A DNA stretch of 6,512 bases from positions 1 to 6,512 of IMG/VR virus record IMGVR_UViG_3300005309_000026, one strand, 5' to 3'. Numbering within the stretch: the first letter of the stretch is position 1; every line of letters starts with the position of its first letter. The DNA comes from a virus. The position numbers were made by a program, and so were the translations under genes. The notes beneath the pieces were generated by a model. That model did not search any database. It was not told the origin of the DNA and saw only the letters and a program-made list of their open reading frames with translations. Of this stretch, positions 1 to 5,066 are shown one piece after another.

Positions 1-312
1 AAAAAGGTTCTGCAAAAATTACACCAAACGCATCTCAAGTTGCAAAAGTACTCGGACGAGGGGTTGCAGGTTATGCGCTATCTGTTGCTGTTCAAGAAAT
101 GCTTGGAGCCGTTGATTGGGTTCTTGACCCAGCAAACAATCGAATTAAATATTTTGACCCTACCTCTTGTACTTCAAATGGTTCAGCTTGTCCTCATGCT
201 CAAAAATACTATCAATGTTATTCGAGGGGCATGGCTACGTGTGCAAATTACTTTGATAATCCGCAATCTGCTTGTAATGATGTTTTAACAAAAAATTCTG
301 TAGGTGCTGTTT
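1..312. repeat. Terminal direct repeat copy 1, identical to 6201-6512 (overlap of a circular molecule, not a biological repeat)
   Basis: Block-by-block comparison shows 1-312 and 6201-6512 are identical. The repeat is bounded only by the window edges. Confidence 0.95.
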
Positions 313-1118
313 CTGTTACTTTAACTGGAACTATGTGTCGCGGTTACAATAAAGATGGCAAACTTGTTTATGATGGTTATTTAAATACCATAATTAATCC
401 AGCTTACGATCAAACAGCAGAACGTGAACAAAAATATTTACCTCTCGAAACAGTCGCACAAAAAGTTATTGATAATGCACAAAATAATGATAGAGAAGCT
501 CAAGTAGCTACTACTGCTGCTGCTGCTGATGTTATGAAAGATGCTGAAAATGACAATGTAAAAGCTAGACCCATTGCTGATCAATTTGAGCAATCTTCTA
601 CAACTGAAAATGCTGATGCAGATGCTCAAGCAAATAGTAATACTTCGACTGGTGAAGCTAAACCCAATGCCGAAACTGGCACAACTGATTTAGCACTGCA
701 ATTTCCAGTTTTTTGTAATTGGACTCCAACGATTTGTCGTGCTGCTGATGTTGTTATAAATTTTCCGAATAAATTAGAAGATTGGTATAACGAATCTGTT
801 AAATCAATTTCTGATGCATATACGGCAATAAAAGAATGGGCTACTACTGAAAAAGATAAAAATCAAGATGATACTGAAATTGAAATATTAGATGACGCTG
901 TCCCAAACTTAGACAAAGGTTTATTTCAAGCTTCTGGTCAATGCCCCCCTGATTTTAGCTATGCATTTCCTTTGCCATTAGGTGGCTCTTATAACATTAC
1001 ATATAGCTATTCAACTGCATGTAATTGGTTTTCTAAAATTTATTATGTCGTGATCTTGGTTGCTTCAATTATAGGCTTAAAAATAGTTACTGGTGCGGAT
1101 GGTAATAAAGATGGCTAA
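1..1118 (+). CDS. pIII-like minor coat / adsorption protein, 3' part. The full gene is 6029-6200 plus 1-1118 = 1,290 nt, 429 aa
   Basis: The frame is open from the first base (first full codon at 3) to TAA 1116-1118. It has an N-terminal domain with 6 Cys (168-338) and an acidic Ala/Asn/Thr-rich linker (471-689). It ends in a C-terminal hydrophobic anchor, KIYYVVILVASIIGLKIV. It lies just after pVIII and before the pVI/pI genes, as in Ff phages. Confidence 0.8.
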   Translation, partial: KGSAKITPNASQVAKVLGRGVAGYALSVAVQEMLGAVDWVLDPANNRIKYFDPTSCTSNGSACPHAQKYYQCYSRGMATCANYFDNPQSACNDVLTKNSVGAVSVTLTGTMCRGYNKDGKLVYDGYLNTIINPAYDQTAEREQKYLPLETVAQKVIDNAQNNDREAQVATTAAAADVMKDAENDNVKARPIADQFEQSSTTENADADAQANSNTSTGEAKPNAETGTTDLALQFPVFCNWTPTICRAADVVINFPNKLEDWYNESVKSISDAYTAIKEWATTEKDKNQDDTEIEILDDAVPNLDKGLFQASGQCPPDFSYAFPLPLGGSYNITYSYSTACNWFSKIYYVVILVASIIGLKIVTGADGNKDG

Positions 1119-1395
1119 CTTATCTACTTTATTAAATAGTGCAGGTGAGTTTTTTTCTAAATCATTTGTAAAAAATTCTCTTAAAGGTGCTGGCATCGGC
1201 TTAGGTTCTTATTTTGCTTTACAAGGACTTTATTCAACTTTTCTTTCATATCTTCAATCTAATTTCAGTCAATTGGCTGACATATTTTATGCGATCAATT
1301 TATCAGGTTTAGACGTTGGTCTTTCTATTGTTGTATCTGCTGTCAATATTCGAATCTTTATGAATTCTAAACAAATATTTTTAAGGAAACTCTAA
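1111..1395 (+). CDS. pVI-like small hydrophobic minor coat protein (94 aa from ATG 1111; alternative starts GTG 1093, ATG 1099)
   Basis: ATG 1111 overlaps the pIII stop (ATGGCTAA), which suggests translational coupling. The product has hydrophobic stretches (GAGIGLGSYFALQGLYSTFL, GLDVGLSIVVSAV). Its position between pIII and pI matches Ff gene VI. Function is assigned by position only. Confidence 0.6.
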   Translation: MANLSTLLNSAGEFFSKSFVKNSLKGAGIGLGSYFALQGLYSTFLSYLQSNFSQLADIFYAINLSGLDVGLSIVVSAVNIRIFMNSKQIFLRKL

Positions 1396-1397
1396 CA

Positions 1398-2912
1398 ATG
1401 AATTATTTAGTCGTTGGTAAAAATGGTTCAGGTAAAACATATTTCTGTGTGAAATTAATCAAAGATTTTGATGATCAAAATAAAACTAATATTTCATCAA
1501 ATAGTCTTTCTTGTTCACAAAACTATGAACTGCTCAAAGATAGAGATATTGATCAATTACTTAAGGATTTTTCTCTAACACTTGAACAACTCGTTTTAGA
1601 CAATATAAAAGTATATTCACGATACAAAGACAGTGAAGAATTTTTGATTGATCTCGCATTATTTCAAAATCTAGAAGATGCCATTGTATTTGATGATTAT
1701 TTTAGATTTCACTTGATGTATAACGATTTTATTAAGTTCGTTTTAAAACAACATGATTTAAAGCTCGAATTTCTTAAACCTGTACATAAACTTTATTCTG
1801 ATATTAATGGCTTAAAAATTGATGGTGTTGAAACTAGCCCAGAAGACTGGAGAACTGCTCCGCTTGGTTCAAAGATTTTTTATGATGAATTTCAAGATCG
1901 ACCTGAATACTTATTTGATGGTAATCGACCTTCAAAAAACCCCATGATTTTAGAATTATCTAAAATTCGTCACTATGATATTGATCTTTATTTGATTACC
2001 CCTGATTCTGACAATCTTCATAAATCACTACGAAAAATCATTCATGTAATGTACTTTGTCAAACGACCTCATGGTAATCCGCAATGCTGTTCTGTTTATA
2101 CATTTGACCAGTTTTTATCTAATCCTCGTGCAGCTGCTGATTCTAAACGTGAACCTAAAAAATATTCAGAATATGAATTATTAAGCTATAAAAAATCAAT
2201 TCAACGACTTTATACCAGTGCTGCTAATCATTCATCAATGCCCTTTCAAATCCCATGGAAATGGCTTCGTAATGCTTCACTCATTATTATTGGTTTTGGC
2301 ATTATTATTTCTATGCTCTTTAAGATTCCAATCTTTGGTTTTTTTGTAGATGCTGTCAAAGGCATGATGGGAGGTGATAATGCTGTCAAGGATGTTATGA
2401 AACCTAATATGAATCAAAACGGTAAACAAACCGCTTCAAATGCTTCACAGAGCCAACAAACACAATCTTCTAATACAATTGATTTAAATAATGAATGCCG
2501 TAAAGCTGTGAATGTAGAAAAGCCTGAGTGTGTCGAATGGTTTAATAATTTGTCAGAACAAAATGCTTCTGTCAGTTCTACTGGAGAGGTTTACGTTAAA
2601 TATGATTCTTCAAATCCTTATGATTTTAAACCCGAACCTAAAATTCAAGTTGTAGATTATCCTAGACTTAGTGGTTGTGGTCGTGATCTGCATGGTCGTT
2701 ATGTTGCTTTTGATCAACAGGGCAATGTAATGCCACAAATAAAACAATCTGACTGTAAAAAATGGATTAATGGAGAAAGACTCTTTGACTATACAAAACA
2801 ACATACTGTTGCACAGCAACCAATGCAACAACCACAACAGCAATCACAAGAGAAGTTAACACAAGAACAAATAGAAAAAATTCAGGAAGCTAAAAAACAA
2901 GGTTTGATCTGA
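1398..2912 (+). CDS. pI / Zot-family phage assembly ATPase, 504 aa
   Basis: Walker A GKNGSGKT (1416-1439). Walker B KIFYDEF (D163/E164 at 1884-1889). IRHYDIDLYLITPD resembles M13 pI ARKLGWDIIFLVQD. A single transmembrane segment ASLIIIGFGIIISMLFKIPIFGFFV lies at about 2274-2348, followed by a 187-aa C-terminal domain. AAGGAA lies upstream of the ATG. Confidence 0.9.
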   Translation: MNYLVVGKNGSGKTYFCVKLIKDFDDQNKTNISSNSLSCSQNYELLKDRDIDQLLKDFSLTLEQLVLDNIKVYSRYKDSEEFLIDLALFQNLEDAIVFDDYFRFHLMYNDFIKFVLKQHDLKLEFLKPVHKLYSDINGLKIDGVETSPEDWRTAPLGSKIFYDEFQDRPEYLFDGNRPSKNPMILELSKIRHYDIDLYLITPDSDNLHKSLRKIIHVMYFVKRPHGNPQCCSVYTFDQFLSNPRAAADSKREPKKYSEYELLSYKKSIQRLYTSAANHSSMPFQIPWKWLRNASLIIIGFGIIISMLFKIPIFGFFVDAVKGMMGGDNAVKDVMKPNMNQNGKQTASNASQSQQTQSSNTIDLNNECRKAVNVEKPECVEWFNNLSEQNASVSSTGEVYVKYDSSNPYDFKPEPKIQVVDYPRLSGCGRDLHGRYVAFDQQGNVMPQIKQSDCKKWINGERLFDYTKQHTVAQQPMQQPQQQSQEKLTQEQIEKIQEAKKQGLI

Positions 2913-2953
2913 CAGTGTTAACACTGTCATAAGTTTTTTAACAAAAAAAACTT
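2911..2953 (+). terminator. Hairpins immediately after the pI stop (probable rho-independent terminator)
   Basis: GACAGTG-TTAA-CACTGTC (2911-2928) overlaps the TGA stop and is followed by a T6 run (2934-2939). A second AT hairpin AAGTTTTTT/AAAAAACTT lies at 2931-2953. Confidence 0.5.
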
Positions 2954-2990
2954 ATCGTTAAGCTATCGCAATGAAGAACTCTAATAACAA

Positions 2991-3139
2991 CGTCATGTCT
3001 ATGACGCTTAGATTCGTGCCTACGAATCGACACAATCACAATAGAATATTTCCCCCTCTGATTACAAAAAAAATAATGTAAACTTTGAGCCAAATTTACA
3101 GAAGCGTCGGAGTATTACGACGCTGAACAGAGGGAATAT
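2991..3139 (+). other. Cluster of ssDNA hairpins in the large intergenic region; candidate packaging signal and/or minus-strand origin
   Basis: CGTCAT-gtct-ATGACG at 2991-3006. GATTCGT-gcct-ACGAATC at 3011-3028. A long-range stem ATATT(cc)CCCTCTG 3046-3060 pairs with CAGAGGGAATAT 3128-3139. That stem encloses TGTAAAcTTT-gagcc-AAATTTACA (3077-3100) and AGCGTCG-gagtatta-CGACGCT (3103-3124). The position between the assembly gene and rep equals the Ff intergenic region. Confidence 0.5.
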
Positions 3140-3377
3140 GAAACATATCGCACATAAAGTTTTTTTCTTTAGTAATGATAAAATTATTGTTTTATATAAA
3201 GTTTATTTTTTTAAAACCTATTTTTGTATTTATGAAAATTTTTTAGATTTTGATCGTGACTTTAAATCGGATGCATCTAGATATGTTGATTTTACATATT
3301 TATCAGATCAGCAAACGCAAGATTTTTTCTCTACTCTAGATATGTCTAATTTTAAAGATAAACCACATTTTCAATGA
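3138..3377 (+). CDS. Hypothetical 79-aa protein (Phe/Asp/Tyr/Lys-rich); coding status uncertain
   Basis: An 80-codon open frame in the most AT-rich part of the genome, where stop codons should be frequent. Codons mostly end in T, as in the other genes. GAGGG lies 3-4 nt before the ATG, but it is also part of the 3128-3139 stem. No recognisable motif. Confidence 0.35.
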   Translation: MKHIAHKVFFFSNDKIIVLYKVYFFKTYFCIYENFLDFDRDFKSDASRYVDFTYLSDQQTQDFFSTLDMSNFKDKPHFQ

Positions 3378-3435
3378 TGTAATATTATTGTTGTTGTTAA
3401 ACTTATGTGTTATTGCTGGTGAAATATTTTTAAAA

Positions 3436-3466
3436 TATTGATAACATGACAACATCTTTTTAAAAG
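3436..3466 (+). promoter_or_regulatory. Candidate rep promoter/operator (or origin core): TTGATA -35-like hexamer plus two 8-bp iterons
   Basis: TATTGATAACATGACAACAT (3436-3455) is 19/20 identical to 5065-5084. TTGATA lies at 3438-3443 and TAAAAG at 3461-3466, with a 17-bp spacing. The iterons are GATAACAT 3440-3447 and GACAACAT 3448-3455. AT-only palindromes flank the block at 3423-3439 and 3456-3466. Confidence 0.5.
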
Positions 3467-3468
3467 AC

Positions 3469-3501
3469 AAAAAAAAACCCATCTTGGCGGGCGGGTTTTT
3501 T
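3469..3501. other. Symmetric A-tract / GC / T-tract hairpin between the candidate promoter and the rep start
   Basis: AAAAAACCC (3472-3480) pairs with GGGTTTTTT (3493-3501) around a 12-nt loop. It looks the same on both strands. Confidence 0.4.
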
Positions 3502-3538
3502 CGGGTCTGTGTACTGCTAACACATAGGTTTATTATAA

Positions 3539-4108
3539 ATGAATATTGATTTAAGTCAAAAAAAATTGGCTCTTGGTATACTTACGAAATCTCACTCCAC
3601 AATAGATTCACAAAGGATTAGTGATTATTTACTGCAAGATCAGGCTTCTAAACTTCTTAAACATAAATTTCGTGTAAAGTATTGTTTAAAAAGAAAAATT
3701 AAAAGAACTGAAAATGTAAATGTGTGTTGGAATGAATCTACAAAAAAAGCACATTATGCAAATGTTATTAGATGTGGTTCAGTTTGGGTTTGTCCTGTTT
3801 GTGCAAAAAAAATTACTGAAAAAAGAAGAAATGAATTAGCTTTGATCAATAAAAAGTGGAAAGAAGGTATTACTTTATTTTCTCCAGTTGAACAATCTAA
3901 AAAAATTGTTGGTCCTCCTCGTTATTTAGAAGAGTTCGTTCATGGTTATACTTATCTTTTAACTCTTACTAATCCTCATTATGTTAATGATCGTTTAACG
4001 GATCTTCGAGAAAAACAAAAAAAAGCTATGAAATCATTTTTTTCAGACCGTAAGGGACAATATATTTTTAATCAGTTACTTGGTAAACGCTTTCATATCA
4101 CAAACTAA
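3539..4108 (+). CDS. Rolling-circle replication initiator (HUH superfamily, pC194/Rep_1-like; Ff gene II analogue), N-terminal fragment, 189 aa, ending at an in-frame TAA
   Basis: Cys cluster CGSVWVCPVCAKK, typical of pC194-type Rep N-terminal regions. Rep motif 1 YLLTLTNPH (LLTLT 3956-3970). Same reading frame as 4154-4825. Confidence 0.85.
   Translation: MNIDLSQKKLALGILTKSHSTIDSQRISDYLLQDQASKLLKHKFRVKYCLKRKIKRTENVNVCWNESTKKAHYANVIRCGSVWVCPVCAKKITEKRRNELALINKKWKEGITLFSPVEQSKKIVGPPRYLEEFVHGYTYLLTLTNPHYVNDRLTDLREKQKKAMKSFFSDRKGQYIFNQLLGKRFHITN
4106..4108 (+). other. Single in-frame TAA interrupting the rep reading frame
   Basis: 3539 and 4154 are in the same frame. The only stop between them is TAA 4106-4108 (context ACA AAC TAA GAA ATA). 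Confidence 0.95.
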
Positions 4109-4825
4109 GAAATAACTTACGGGCAAAATGGTTGGCATCCACATCATCATATTTTGATTTTTTCAGATAAATATTTATCAATTCGGGATTTTGATTCTAT
4201 TCATGAATTATTAGCTGATCATTGGAGTGATTCACTGCATAAAGCGGGTATTCGTAAAATTAAATCTAATGAAAAATTTATTGCTTGTGATCTTCAGGAC
4301 GGAACTTTTGCAGATCAGTATATTGGTAAATGGGGTATAGAGCATGAAATGACAAAAGGTCATGTCAAAAAAGGACGTGATACATATACTCCTTTTGATT
4401 TGCTTAGGCTATCTGATAAAGATGATTTAATTTTTGAGAAGAAGCCTTCTAAATTGTTTCAAGAATTCGCAATTGCCTTTAAAGGTGCTAGACAATTAGT
4501 TTTTAGTCGTGGTCTTAAATATGCTTTTGCTGTTCAGGAAAAAACAGATGATGAAATTATGGATGAAACACTTGAAGAATCTGTTTTATTGACAACAATC
4601 GAAGATATGGTGTTTAGACTTTTATGTAAATATAAAAAACGTGCTGAATACTTAGATTGTATAACTCAAGATAAATTGAACGGTGTTGTTGGTAGTGGAT
4701 CTGCCGAATTACTTGTTAGTAACTTGGCAGAAAATGAAATATTAATTTTAGAAGAAATGAATTCTCAAACTTTCTCTATTGTTGAATTACCTTTTGATGT
4801 TCCTAGAGTTTTACCTATTCAATAA
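4109..4825 (+). CDS. Rolling-circle replication initiator, C-terminal portion (238 codons). It carries the HUH and catalytic Tyr motifs. The first possible start is TTG 4154, downstream of the HUH motif
   Basis: 4109-4153 reads EITYGQNGWHPHHHI with no ATG/GTG/TTG. The HUH motif HPHHHIL lies at 4136-4156. The Tyr motif QYIGKWG (Y at 4319-4321) fits the Y-x-x-K motif 3 of superfamily I Reps. The stop is TAA 4823-4825. Confidence 0.8.
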   Translation, partial: EITYGQNGWHPHHHILIFSDKYLSIRDFDSIHELLADHWSDSLHKAGIRKIKSNEKFIACDLQDGTFADQYIGKWGIEHEMTKGHVKKGRDTYTPFDLLRLSDKDDLIFEKKPSKLFQEFAIAFKGARQLVFSRGLKYAFAVQEKTDDEIMDETLEESVLLTTIEDMVFRLLCKYKKRAEYLDCITQDKLNGVVGSGSAELLVSNLAENEILILEEMNSQTFSIVELPFDVPRVLPIQ

Positions 4826-5003
4826 TAATATTCCCGTCTTTTGCAATTGCTTTTTTGAATGCTTCATTTATTAGTAAATGAAGTATTTCACTTTCTTTAA
4901 GCACTGGCATATTCCTTTCCAATCTTTGCATATTAACTTCTTTTGATATTTTCATTAATGAAATTTCTTCATTTTTTTTAATCCTTAAATATGCTGAAAT
5001 CAT
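4815..5003 (-). CDS. Small antisense protein, 62 aa; candidate ribbon-helix-helix (Arc/Mnt/CopG-like) transcriptional regulator
   Basis: It is the only plausible minus-strand gene and is divergent from the 5134 operon across the iteron region. The N-terminal ISAYLRIKK is strand-like. The C-terminal KESEILHLLINEAFKKAIAK resembles helix B of P22 Arc (NSEIYQRVMESFKKEG, from memory). The SD (AGG) is 11 nt from the ATG, which is long. The 3' end overlaps the rep 3' end by 11 bp. Confidence 0.5.
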   Translation of the reverse strand: MISAYLRIKKNEEISLMKISKEVNMQRLERNMPVLKESEILHLLINEAFKKAIAKDGNIIIE

Positions 5004-5066
5004 TGATAAATAAACCTTTCTTTGTTTAACGATTTTTAGATTCTATCAACAAGTTTATTTGATGTA

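Noticed and set aside
40-288. 82-aa ORF (TTG start), duplicated at 6240-6488
   Set aside because: It lies out of frame inside the pIII-like gene, which has a signal peptide, anchor and correct synteny. It uses a TTG start with no SD, and its Leu-rich product is typical of an off-frame artefact. The second copy is only the terminal duplication.
438-629. 63-aa ORF on the minus strand
   Set aside because: It lies entirely inside the pIII-like CDS on the opposite strand. Its Ser/Ile/Phe-rich low-complexity product mirrors the acidic linker codons. There are no expression signals.
1093-1110. GTG 1093 / ATG 1099 as the start of the pVI-like gene (ORF-track call 1093-1395)
   Set aside because: Not excluded. 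I prefer ATG 1111 because it overlaps the pIII stop (ATGGCTAA), a typical coupling arrangement. The extra residues MRMVIK would be translated from within the pIII coding sequence.
2610-2843. 77-aa ORF on the minus strand
   Set aside because: It lies embedded antisense in the pI/Zot CDS. Its product is Leu/Trp-rich because it is the complement of the Gln-rich tail. No SD or promoter.
2971-3081. 36-codon + strand ORF (MKNSNNNVMSMTLRFVPTNRHNHNRIFPPLITKKIM) across the hairpin cluster
   Set aside because: It has no SD. The sequence is better explained by the stem-loops it spans, and it is too short to support on composition alone.
3276-3345. 11-bp direct repeat TCTAGATATGT (3276-3286 and 3335-3345) as Rep-binding iterons
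   Set aside because: A few exact 11-mer repeats are expected by chance in a 6.2-kb AT-rich genome. There are only two copies, not tandem, and no relation to the GACAACAT units. It is mentioned only under the ORF 3138-3377 finding.
3375-3402. Search for a dif-like XerC/D site (attP) that would indicate chromosomal integration. Partial XerD-arm matches occur at 3392-3402 (8/11), 2591-2601 (TTACGTTAAAT, 10/11) and 3979-3989 (9/11)
   Set aside because: None has a credible XerC arm at the correct 6-bp spacing, and two lie inside coding sequence. The host and its dif sequence are unknown, so no call can be supported.
4106-4108. Alternative genetic code (TAA reassigned) as the explanation for the stop inside rep
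   Set aside because: TAA ends the pIII-like, pVI-like, rep and pVIII genes at the positions that gene architecture predicts. One example is the pIII TAA overlapping the pVI ATG. TGA and TAG also end genes next to a terminator or the next start. The standard code fits the whole genome.
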